Shown here one piece after another: positions 25,014 to 36,172 of a stretch of DNA of 64,000 bases (positions are counted from its first letter, which is position 1; every line of letters begins with the position of its first letter). Below the pieces are notes generated by a model. It made no database searches and had not been told where the DNA came from. It saw only the letters and a program-made list of their open reading frames with translations. The position numbers and the translations under genes were made by a program. The stretch spans positions 21,961,168 through 22,025,167 of the forward strand of contig OZ316891.1 in assembly GCA_973895155.1 (NCBI GenBank), read 5' to 3'. This DNA is from Marsupella aquatica. Lineage: Eukaryota > Plantae > Marchantiophyta.

Positions 25014-26017
25014 AGGTGAATTCGAATGATACAGTTCCATGGGGAGTGTACGTGCTCGGCGAGCTTGTGAAAACACTAAACACCTTGACGCGACGGAGCG
25101 ATGGCACGATCAACAGAAAGCTTGCCGACCTCATTGAGTTCAAGGTCCCCGCTTCGGAGAAGCCAAAAAACGGCGTCTCAAGTAAAGACGTCGTCATCGA
25201 CGACGTGACAAACGTGTGGGTGCGAATCTACTTGCCCAGCGAGGAGTCGAATAAGAGGCGTCTACCAGTGCTTGTCTACTATCATGGAGGTGGCTTCGGA
25301 GTCCTTTGCGCCAACGAGGCAAACATCGACAACCTGTGCAGGACGATGGCAAAAACCTTCAACATGGTCGTCGTTTCTGTCAATTATCGGAGAGCACCGG
25401 AGCATCGATTTCCCACAGCGTACCACGATTCGTTCCAGGCGCTGGAGTGGCTCCAGTCCACTGCATCTCGTGCACACCTCCCTCCTACAGCAGACATTGC
25501 GCAGTGCTTCTTGGCTGGAGAGAGCGCGGGCGCCAACATTGCGCATTTCACGGCTTGCCGCGCTGCAGAAAACGAGAGGGAATTGATCCCACTGCGAATC
25601 CGTGGCGTGGTTATGCTGCAGCCCTTCTTTGGATCCGAGCGGCGCACGGCGGCTGAAAACGCTCTCGCCAATGTGCCTCTGATTTCCACTGATGCCACGG
25701 ACTGGCACTGGAAAGCTTTTCTGCCCGAAGGAGCGGACAGAGATCATCCAGCTTGCAACGTCTTCGGCCCTAATGCTCGTGACATAGCAGAGCTCCCCCT
25801 TCCACCTATTTTCCTGGTGACGGGCACTCTGGACCTGCTGATCGACCATCATCTCAATTACGCGTCTCGCATGCTGGAGATGGGCAAGTCCATCAAAGTG
25901 GAAAACTACGTTGGTGGTGTTCATGGGTTTTATTTCTTTGCGCCTGTTGGCACGAAGATATCTTTGGCGTGCCTCGCCGATGTCAAGAATTTCATCCAAT
26001 TGAATTCAAGATCATGA
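25014..26017 (+). CDS. Carboxylesterase (CXE, HSL/GID1-like alpha/beta hydrolase); main exon, start probably in an upstream exon
   Basis: RRSDGTINR, YYHGGGF, VSVNYRRAPEHRFP, GESAG, DWHWKAFLPEGADRDHPACN, DLL, VHGF (Ser-Asp-His triad intact). Acceptor TTCTCAG at 25013. Confidence 0.92.
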
Positions 26018-26519
26018 GAATGTACATCATTCCAGAAATAAATTAGACTTGTAAGGAGAAACATTCGGGATTCGCTGACTGAGTTTGTTGAATCAATTTA
26101 ATCCGAGACTTGTCATCTGAAACAAAACTAAGGAGCCTGCAACCAAGGCGGAAATAGGCAGTTCACTGACCGAGTTTGTTGAATGAATTTAATCAGAGAC
26201 TAAGGCTGAAAGTTCGAAGGTCTCCTCTGGTTCTATACAATTTGCCATTCACTCGCTTTCGAATCGATAGGATATTAAATCTACAAACAAAACGGATGAG
26301 AATGTAGAACGATAAAGAAATTAGACGTCCAAATGAGATTCATTGAGTTTCGTGAACGAAAGCAGTCTAAATTTGGGATCTGAACAACTGTCAGGCTTTT
26401 TGTCCGGGGATTAATTTGCACCTGTCCGTCTAGATCGAATCAATTCGTCGACTTTTCTATCGGGAGACGAATCTATTAAGATGTCAGTCGCTCCTTAGAA
26501 CAAACAGTTCTAAATCGGT

Positions 26520-27125
26520 ACCATTTGCCATTCACTCCTTTTTGCCTTGAAAACCGAAAGCAGGTATATCCATTCACTCCATTCACTCCATTCACTCCTT
26601 TTTGCCTTGAAAATCGAAAGCAGCCTTTTTGCCTTGAAAACCTGAAAGCCTTGAAAACCCGAAAGCCGTCCTTGAAAACCCGAAAGTAGGTCCATCCACC
26701 CGAAAGCAGGTCCATCCGAGGATAGAGGAAACCGACAGCAGGTCCATCCCAACAAAAGATAGACGAAACGAAACCCAAAGTAGGTCCATCCAAGAGAGGA
26801 TAGTTAGACGTTCCTACTTTGGAGCATACATTTCTATGTAATGTAACCACAAGAGTACAATGGCTAGCCACAAGGGGACAATAAGGGGACAATAACCAGA
26901 GATCTGACATCCAACAAAGGATAGACATTCCTGCTTTTGGAGCATACATTTCTATGTAAGATAACCACAATCTGAGTACAATGGGTAGCCACAAGGGGAC
27001 AATGGGTAGTCACAAGGGGACAATACCAAGAGATAGGACATCCAACAGAGGATAGACCTTCCATTTCTATTTCGGAGCATACATTTCTATGTAAGATAAC
27101 CACAAGGGGACAATACCCAAAGATC
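26520..27125. repeat. Cluster of short tandem and ~120-bp duplicated units (probable TE relic)
   Basis: CCATTCACT x3-4, GCCTTGAAAA x5, CACAAGGGGACAAT x4, GGAGCATACATTTCTATGTAA x3. Confidence 0.7.
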
Positions 27126-28577
27126 AGACAGGACCCAGACCAGGAAGGAGAGAGAATTAAACCAGAACCCAAAGTGGATAACCAAGACTAAGAAGATATA
27201 ATCAATACTCCCACCTCTATACCCCCCCCCCACAACATTTGGACAGGTGAGGGCAAGTGTAAGGCAGCTCGGACAGACATTAAAAGCAGTGTTTTGGAGA
27301 TCTGAAGGTACCTAAAAAACCAGGTTTTGATAAAGAGGGAGTAACTACCGCTTTCCAGCCATGGTTCCCCTTCTTGTTTTTTTTAAATGAAGGGGCAGGG
27401 CCATGGTTCCCCTTTTAGAACCAAAAAAGGGGTTCCTGACTCTTCATCAAAGGAGCACTGAAAGGCCCTTTGAGTTCTTGTAAAGCCCAAGTACAATAGT
27501 TTCAATTTACTAAATACTATCCAGATTTCAATTTAAGGCCGTGACCCTCAGGTCTCGTAATGACACCCTCCAGTACATGCCATGGCAACACTGATCATGA
27601 TTGTATATGCACTTTTGATCCCATCTAAGCAACAACTAACTTTCAAAAATCACAATTGTAGTGACACCTCAACCCAAGCACAACACAATCATTATTAGAA
27701 TAGGGCTCAAAAGTTAACTTTGCCTCCACAAGATTTCTGTTCCTCAATGACTTCCTCCGCAACTCCTTTTGCACAATGATTTGATGTACCGGCCATGCAC
27801 ATCTATATCTAGCTGTCCGATATATAACAGTAGCTGTGAATGGCAATGCATTCCCAATTGAAGACCTGAGTGATTGAGGCAAATCCGGCGAATGATGTAC
27901 AATTATGTCGATTAGTGTACGAGAAATTGCCGACAGATACAAAAATTCCGACGAAAACAATCGAATCTGGTACTCAGTATAATCATTCTCAGTTCAGATC
28001 GAATTGTAATCCAGTAATAAATGACTAAAAATCACTACAATATGATTGAGTCTCAATCAAAGGGCTGCCGATTGATTTGGAGATGTCTACAGATCGAGTC
28101 TCCGATCAACCTTTGCACAAAAATCAAGCGACAACGTAAACGCCAACAGTTTGTGCGTGTGCGTGTGGAGGTTGAAGAAAATACTTTGTTTGTAATGTCT
28201 AATTTTTATTCTTCTAGAAAGCTACTGACTACCTCATGATCACGGTCAGCAGATGGCCTTCTGCTAGCAACCTTGCTCCTTGCTCTAGAAGTCGCCAAAC
28301 AGTAGAGGAGCTACAACAATATTATTATACAGACTCCTGGAAGGGACCTTTTCAGCTACGTTACATGCACACTCCCCGTGCACACCACATACAAGACAAG
28401 AACCTGCACGAGTCAATGAACGCCTCGGCTACTACTTGTTCAAGTATGAAGTCTCCCAAAGAGTGAGTTGTCTAAAGAAGCTCGGACCTCCTCACATCCA
28501 CAGATTCTAATCTGGGGTGCATTAATTGCTCAGTGTAAGTAATTGATTTAGAGAATTCTACCGTTGCACATTGCACA

Positions 28578-29225
28578 TTACAGAACGTAAGTAAAGGAGT
28601 TCGACCTGAGCCAAGACCTAGCTAGGGTCAGAATAGCACGGACCAAGGCATTTGAGACTGTGGGGGTCGACGGATGAGACCGCGGAAGAACTCTGAACCA
28701 ATAATCAAGATGGCACCATGTCGTGTCTTCTTCCCAAGGACTGTCGGGCTCGTAGATATATCCAAACCGCACTGCCCATGAGTTCTTGCAGCTCTCCATA
28801 TTTTGAGACATGCCGCTAGCGATTTGCTGAGAAATGGCCTCAAGGCATTTATGGCAGCCCATTCCTGAAACTTCGTTGTCTTCCTGTGCTAAGGGTATAT
28901 CACACATGTACCTAGTCCCGACCTCCAAACCGTTCCTGGTCTCGTGCAGCAAGTGAGCAGCTCCTTGTGCTTCGTACATCTTGGGATAGGGCACGCTCTT
29001 GAGAAGCTTGAGCAGGAGACTTTGAGCTTCCGATCTATCCCTGAAAGTGGAATCGAGGCAGCACAGATGATCCTGCAGAACCTTCATTTCACAGGAAGCG
29101 TTGAGCCTGGGCCAGAAGTTGAGGATTCCGTCTGCCGAAGTTGCAATTGGCAGCTCGAACACGCCAGCACTTGCCCTCAACGCCAAGCACAATAACAATG
29201 CGGCTGTCATGGCAATTCTCTCCAT
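28578..29225 (-). CDS. Secreted cysteine-rich protein, Gnk2/DUF26-like
   Basis: Intronless 215-aa ORF with a signal peptide (MERIAMTAALLLCLALRASA) and a C-x15-C-x2-C...C...CHLDY pattern reminiscent of DUF26. Confidence 0.55.
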   Translation of the reverse strand: MERIAMTAALLLCLALRASAGVFELPIATSADGILNFWPRLNASCEMKVLQDHLCCLDSTFRDRSEAQSLLLKLLKSVPYPKMYEAQGAAHLLHETRNGLEVGTRYMCDIPLAQEDNEVSGMGCHKCLEAISQQIASGMSQNMESCKNSWAVRFGYIYEPDSPWEEDTTWCHLDYWFRVLPRSHPSTPTVSNALVRAILTLARSWLRSNSFTYVL

Positions 29226-31099
29226 TGTCCCTCGTCCTGGTTGTTGTTATGTTAACAGCGGTGTTTCCACCGCGCAGACGCTGTCTGAAGCTCTTCTCCT
29301 AGCTTTAGAATGAACCTCTTCCTCGATCGGTCCGAATGTAAAGATATCAGTACAGTAGATAGCGACTCGCATTGATAGAGCCTGAAACACACCTCATGCT
29401 GTCCACGTTCAACGTCGGTTCCGCCTACCGTATTTGTACAGGCCGGACAAATTCAATCTTGATTCATACCTGTCATCACGCCAAACATTCGAAGTCCTAA
29501 TCGACCAGAAAAACGTACCTGTCTTGATATTCTTCTACTACATGAACAAAAATGCAATGACGGGTGCAAGATCATATGTCGATCAGAACTGCAAAAACAG
29601 TCGTCAGTACGATCGATGGCGCACCGAAGATATGGGACCAGGCCAGCTAACTCTGTGAAGTGATTCATCCGGAGGGATTAATTTAAGAGTTGACCAATAG
29701 CTGCTACATGTACGTACAACGTGCGGTGATCCCACCAACCAACTACTGTGGTATGTTGAGCTGAACGCTATTGACCTCAGCGTGATGTGAGGCACCACCA
29801 GCGCTCTGAGGACTGTTTACTTTACATGGTCTAGGCCTGATCGAGCTAGTGACATGAGCTTTATATGATTGTATGTTGAGTTGATGTGCAACATCCGTCG
29901 ACGGATGATCGATTGCTCTGGACCGACCTGGATCGATATCTCGTCCAAGCTATTACACTGCGGATTGAATTAATGGCAAACTCTATGATATTGCCCGGGG
30001 ATCCAGCCATGATGTATGTCCGTTTGTCGCAGATGTGGGACTCGCTCATTCATGTCGTGACTTTCAGAGAAGCACGAAGCTAAACGCTTTACTGTACGTA
30101 TGCACGACGAAACTCGATTCCGAGCAAATTTCTCAACTTCTCGCGGTCCAACCGGGGAACCAACTCAGCACCGATCAAATGCATGAGATAAACCCTAAAG
30201 CCCATATAACCCTAAACTCCACTAGAAAACTTCCCGAGTAAAGGAAAACCTTCATTGCAGGACTTTCTCTGTGAATTGGGCTCGGAATTGGGCTATGATG
30301 CATGTTTTTCCAGCTCTCTGCAAGATTGCAAATGCAAGGTCTTTAACAGCGTGATCATGATGTAAAGCCACTCAGTGTTGATGTACCAAAGGTTTGAAGC
30401 TGGAACTTTAAGAGTACGGACTTTCTTTGTGAATTAGCTTACGCATGATTATTGTTTACAGCTTTCTGAAAGACTGCAAATTAAAGGTGACATCAAACCA
30501 CTGTTCAGGATTGAAATTTGACAAACGTACACGAACTCTTTCTTTCCCACAAGTAACCTGGGCTGAAGGCGGACACCGACAGATGTGCTGCTTCACTTTC
30601 GGGTATGTACAGTGCCAAAGATACATCCTCCACGATGTGCGTCGTTCTTTCAGACGGTGGGAGAGATCGATCATGGCAGAGTTGCAGGCATGCCTTCCTT
30701 GCAGCCACATTCGTGGATCATGCGAAAACACGAGCGCTTTGTGGTCGGAGCACTTCTCGCCTGGCTTGTGTTTCCAGATCTGCGGTGCTTTTGCCTCGTA
30801 TATTCTAAGGGCTCATTCTTGGGGCGGCTTTATGAGACTTCTGGGACCAAGTGAGACTACTGGGACCAAGTGAGACTACTGGGACCAAGTGAGCTTTTTT
30901 TTTCAATGCGAAGAATGGCCCAATTCCACCCCCACGTACTGAAAAGTACTACATTAGCCACTTTCGGCGAAAATTAACCAGATTTTTTCTGTAATCTAAC
31001 TAATACAGGCAATCATCAAAGGCTACACCCTGGGCCTGCAGTGTGTAGAGCTGTGTCTAAAATGAACAGTGTAGAATTGTGTCTAAAATGAAGACTCTA

Positions 31100-31750
31100 G
31101 ACAGCTAGTTTAAGGGAGGGCATATTTGAAAATGAGTGTGTAAACAAAAAACTGGATGGGGCAAAGATGAACAGAAAAATAACATGAAATCCTTTTTTTG
31201 CAAGGTTTTTTTCTCCTCATATCTATTTATGTTCAAGTAACTGGGAATCAGACAAGTGCAAATGAAAGGGCATATTTGGAAATGAGGGTGCAAATAAAAA
31301 ACAGGGATAGACATGAAATAGCATGTTTGAGGGTGCAAACAAAAAACTGGGATGGACATGAAATAGCATGTTAGAAAATGAGGGTGCAAACAAAAAAGGC
31401 AAAGATGAACAGGAAATAGCATGAAAATTTTCAGTAGCAACAGGTTAAATCACAATTGCCCACATAAAAGGGTCCCATTTTATGCTGACTCTCATTCCTG
31501 TCCTTGGGAAACAGTGTATTGACCAAAAAAGTGGAGCACAGGTCTGTTTCTGGTGAATGGTATGCACTGTATATTAACAGCTACAGGGCTCATTCCTGCC
31601 CTTGGGAAACAGTGTATTGACCATGGTGTGCACTGTATATTGAGAGCTACAGGACTCATACCTGCCCTTGGGGAATAGTGTATTGACCATAAGAAGTGGA
31701 GCACATGTCCATTTCTAGTGAACGGTGTGCACTGTATACTAGTGAGAGCA
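31100..31750. repeat. Degenerate tandem repeats (GAGGGTGCAAACAAAAA units; CTCATTCCTGCCCTTGGGAAACAGTGTATTGACCA units)
   Basis: 4 copies of the first unit and 3 copies of the second, seen directly. Confidence 0.7.
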
Positions 31751-31946
31751 ACAGGTAATCCGTAGCTTTTATACAAGTAGTTGCTGTCTAAGTAAGCCGT
31801 GTCCATCTCAGCAAATTATGTTCTACACTGGAGTCCTAAAGTCAAACCTAAATTGTCCATGTCTCGTATACCATCTGGCACACTAGACAGAATTGTTACA
31901 GTAAGAAGTTAGAGGAGTCTTTGGGTGAGGGTTGGGGTGAGGGTTG

Positions 31947-32952
31947 CAAGCTTTAGGAGATATATGTTTGATGGGCCCCCTGTGAACCTTTCTTACCTGA
32001 TGGACCCCTAGGTAACTTTTTTTACCAAGTAGGACCCCTCGTAATGACCAGTACACGTGTTCTTGTGTGGTGCCTACACCTGTCCTATTGTGGTGCCTAC
32101 TATGTACAGTGACTCCAAGCAAACTGCACAGTTGAACCGTGCGGTCGACTTTACATGGTCGACTGAGAAACCACAGAGATTATTTGGGAGAAACCGCGAA
32201 AAGCGACTGCCGCTGTCGAAATTGCGATTTGAAGACAATATGCATTATGTCTTCGGATTCACTGGGTTAATGTCTGAAGACACAATGGATTATGTCTTCG
32301 GGTTCAAATTTTTATCGTATCGTGGGGTAGTTATTAGGTATTTTTTTCACGTTGCGCACATGGGTTTTTCACGATGTTTTCATACACGACTGTCACCGTC
32401 AATGTGGGGTACCTCCAAATGTCCACAAAGAATATTCAAGTTCAATGTTCAGAATTTGCCTACTGCCGCCACAACAAAAATTGGCAAATGATTGACAGTT
32501 GCACTCAAAAAATGGTAATATTCCCCTGTGCAATGCATACAAACAATTTCAAAAGAAGACAGACCCAAAGGTGTCGGGGTACACCCTAGTAAATCCTAAA
32601 CCTTGAAACACGGGAAGACATAATCCATTGAGTCTTCAGGCATTAACCCATTGAATCCGAAGACATAATGCATATTGTCTTCAAATCATAGTTTCAACAG
32701 CGGCAGCCGCTTTTCGCGGTTTCTCCCAAATCATCTTCGTGGTTTCTCGGTCGACCATGCAAGGTTGACCGCACTGTTCAACTGTGAAGTTTGCTTGGAG
32801 TCACCATACATAGTAGGCACCACACAATGACAGGTGTAGGCACCACACAAGAACAGGTGTACTGGTCATTAAGAGGGGTCCTACTTGGTAAAAAAAGTTA
32901 CCTAAGGGCCCATTAGGTAAGAAAGCCCATCAAGCATATATCTCCAAGCTTT
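31947..32952. mobile_element. Foldback element with ~350-bp inverted arms
   Basis: 31947-32300 is the imperfect reverse complement of 32614-32952, with a ~310-bp spacer. Flanked by AGGGTTG at 31940-31946 and 32953-32959 (possible TSD). Confidence 0.8.
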
Positions 32953-33394
32953 AGGGTTGAGGGCAGCTTCCAAGTGGACCAGCAGCAGCATCATGAGTGT
33001 TCTAGGGAAAACGGGAGACATCAGGAGAGAGCATAATTATTGAAAAACAACTGGCCAGGGAAGCAATGGGGGAGAACACATTGAAAGAGCTTAGTTTGTT
33101 TGAGTACATATGAAGAGAGCATGGACTTGGCTCATCCCAATGTGTTCTTCCCCAGGCGCCAAACAACCCACAGGCTCCTCAACAACCACCCTCAAAGACG
33201 CACACCCTCTCCTCATGAAACCTGGCGCCACCATGCCTGGTAGTTATTGTAAGTCGATGAAACAACTGGCCATGATGTCATATAGTGCCTTGTGTGCCAA
33301 ACGAGGCCAATGCACCAAAAAAATATGCAGGTTTAGGAAGTGTCTCTCTAATTATGCTCGCTGTATGACACATACATAATTTCATTTATGTTTA

Positions 33395-33835
33395 CAAGTG
33401 TACACATGCATTTGTCATTTACTGCAAAGACACAAGATGCATCTATTGATAAGAGCTTGCACTAGAGCACTTACACGCACTTTTCCACAAATATGTCGGT
33501 GTTTTTTGGACTGTAAGTGCACACATGCAGTTGTCATTTACTGCTAAGACACAACATGCATCTATTGATACGAGCTTGCAACAGAGTACTTACATGCACT
33601 TTTCCAGAAAATATATAAGTGTATTTCGGTGTACACATGCATTTGTCATTTACTGCGAAGACACAAGATGCTTTTGCAGTTAAGAGCTTGCAATAGAGTA
33701 CTTACATGCACTTTTCCAGAAATGTATAAGTCCATTTCGGTACACAAGCATTAGTCATTTACTACGAAGGCACAAGACGCTCTTATTGATAAGAGCTTGC
33801 AAAGATTATATAGAGTACTTATATGCACTTATCCA
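33395..33835. repeat. ~110-120-bp tandem repeat, 4 copies
   Basis: ACACATGCATTTGTCATTTACTGC...AAGAGCTTGCA...TACTTACATGCACTTTTCCAG units near 33402, 33521, 33633 and 33742. Confidence 0.88.
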
Positions 33836-34251
33836 GAGTGTGTAGGGTGTAGAGTACTAGAGGGTGTGGGACCTTATAGCAGGGTCATGGCGACATTGCG
33901 AGCAACCCCTTCGCGTCTTTTGTACCATCGTTTCCGATACTCAGAATCCATCTTTCGCACGATGAATTCGACTGAGGACCATCAGGCCAGAACAATTTTA
34001 CAGCCACGGTAGTCGGGCCTTGTTCCAGTGACGACATCTCAGTGGCTGCGATCCGCTTTCTAGAGAGTGAAGCATGTTTCGCAGATTATGTAGGAAGATC
34101 AGTCGATCAACATTCGATGAAGTGGCCGGGGACGGAACAAACGACCAAATTAGAGAAAGGTGAAAGCTGAATCTCGCAAAATCACGTCCCCCAAAGAGAC
34201 TGAGGCAAGGCGAAAAAGTGGGCGGTAGAGGAGAAAATTGAGCAGGAGTCT

Positions 34252-35732
34252 ATGTGTAAAAACCTGAAGGAGAAGGGGAAGCGAATGGTCAAGGACGAGG
34301 AGGAAATTGATGAGGCGGCGGAGCCAATGAAAGGTAAGAAGAAGCGAAAGAGAAAAGAGGAGATGGAGGCTGAGGCACTGCCGCTGGCAGTGCGCACATC
34401 AGTGCAGACGTTGAAGAGAGCCCTGTATATTGGAGCACATGTCAGTGCAGCTGGAGGTAGGTTCTTTCTTTCATAGATCATCAAGTACATTCCGATTCCT
34501 CCCTTTCTTCCCATGCATATGGAATCTGCTAGACTCTTGAACGGCACAATGAAGTTCAATGCTGGATAATTTGTTAGTTGATTTTCTCGACCCTAAACCC
34601 TAGACCTCCACTCCCTCATCCTTTCTCAGTACTTGTGTCTGACACAAACTGAAATCTATTGACGTGAACAGGAGTCCATAATTCAATCAACAATTCTGTT
34701 CATATTGGTGGAAACGCGTTCGCCTTGTTTGTCAAGTCACAAAAGAAGTGGATAAGCCCTCCACTCGCTGAGGAGGCTCGTGATCAATTCCTCGCTCTTA
34801 GCAAGAAGCACAGCTACGATTGCTCGAAGCATATTGTACCTCATGGCTCTTACTTGGTGAATCTCGCACAGAAGGACCCTGATAAGGCCGAGCAAGCGTA
34901 CAACTGCTTCTTGGACGATTTACAACGCTGCGAGGCTCTTGGAATAAACCTTTACAACTTTCATCCTGGTAACACTGGGCCACATAGGCGAGAGGAAGCA
35001 ATAGGTCGTATAGCAGCGAACCTCAACAGAGCTCATAAGGCCACCAAAAGCGTCGTCACATTGCTTGAGAACATGGCGGGAGGTGGCAACTTGATAGGAT
35101 CTACTTTTGAGGATCTTCGGCATATTATCGCTCTTGTCGATGACAAGTCCAGAGTCGGGGTATGCATCGATACATGTCATTCCTTCGCTGCAGGTTATGA
35201 TCTAAGGACTCCGGAAGCGTTCGAGAAAACCATCGACAGTTTTTCGGAAATAGTAGGAATGAAATACCTCAAAGCGCTACACATAAACGACAGCAAAGCG
35301 CCACTGTCGTCGCATCGAGATCTTCATGCCAATATCGGGACTGGATTCTTAGGCTTGCGCGCTTTCCACAATGTTGTCAATTTCGAGCCTTTTCAGCATT
35401 TACCAATGGTTCTCGAAACTCCCGTACAAAAGAAAGGCGAAAACGGGAAAGTAGTGGACGATACGGGGGTGTGGGCGGCTGAAATCAAGTTACTTGAAAG
35501 CCTGATTGGTGCGGATACTGAGAGTGAGGATTTCAAAAGTGAAGAGCAACGGCTACAGGATTTGGGCGCCGAGGAAAGGAAGAAATTCCAGCAGCAGGTA
35601 GATAAAAAGGTGCAGAAGACAATTGATGCCATATTCAAAAGGGCCAGTCCTAAGAAACATAAGAAGAAGGCGCAGGACGAACCCCGGTCGGATGTAGAGT
35701 CCGATGGAGAGCGTTCAGAATTTGCCCAGTGA
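34252..35732 (+). CDS. APN1: AP endonuclease family 2 (endonuclease IV / Apn1), ascomycete-like, ~421 aa
   Basis: Exon 34252-34456 (...LYIGAHVSAAG), intron 34457-34671, exon 34672-35732 (GVHNS...GNAFALF, HGSYLVNL, YNFHPG, LLENMAG, CIDTCHSFAAGYD, LHINDSK, DLHANIGTG, LETP). The canonical EndoIV metal-binding motifs appear intact. Confidence 0.95.
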
Positions 35733-36172
35733 CTTAATCCCTTAATTTGCACATTAATTGTTACCAGATATTGTTAGTTCTCGGTTCCTGACGTCGTCGG
35801 CTCGACATGTCGATCTTTTTAGAAATCATCATATCTCCGGAAGTAACCTCAGCTTCTCAATAAACGGGTTTACCACAAGACCGATGACACTGTAAATGTC
35901 CGGTGTGATCCTCACCACCGTTTCACGTCACTTACTTTATTGACATGAATAAAAAATTCGACACTAGATAGCATTGGAAGGGGACAACCTAATTTGTGGT
36001 GAAAATCCTTCCACAAAATTGAACCCAACCCACAGCTCCTGTGTGGGCAATCCAAAGGGAAATCACAATGCCTATGTGCTTCCCTAACGTAGTTTACTCG
36101 GATATATATTACAGGGAAATCAAGGAATCCATTCTACAACAGACGATTCTTGAGCTTTTGCGATCCCACGAA

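Noticed and set aside
25262-25999. 245-aa antisense ORF and other short ORF-track entries overlapping real genes
   Set aside because: Shadow frames of GC-rich coding sequence with no recognisable motifs.
24956-26017. GID1 gibberellin receptor
   Set aside because: The catalytic His is retained (GGVHGF), whereas GID1 replaces it, so it is called a carboxylesterase.
31028-31040. Fourth CCCTG-family left end (CCCTGGGCC)
   Set aside because: No matching CAGGG end followed by the same 8-bp flank was found.
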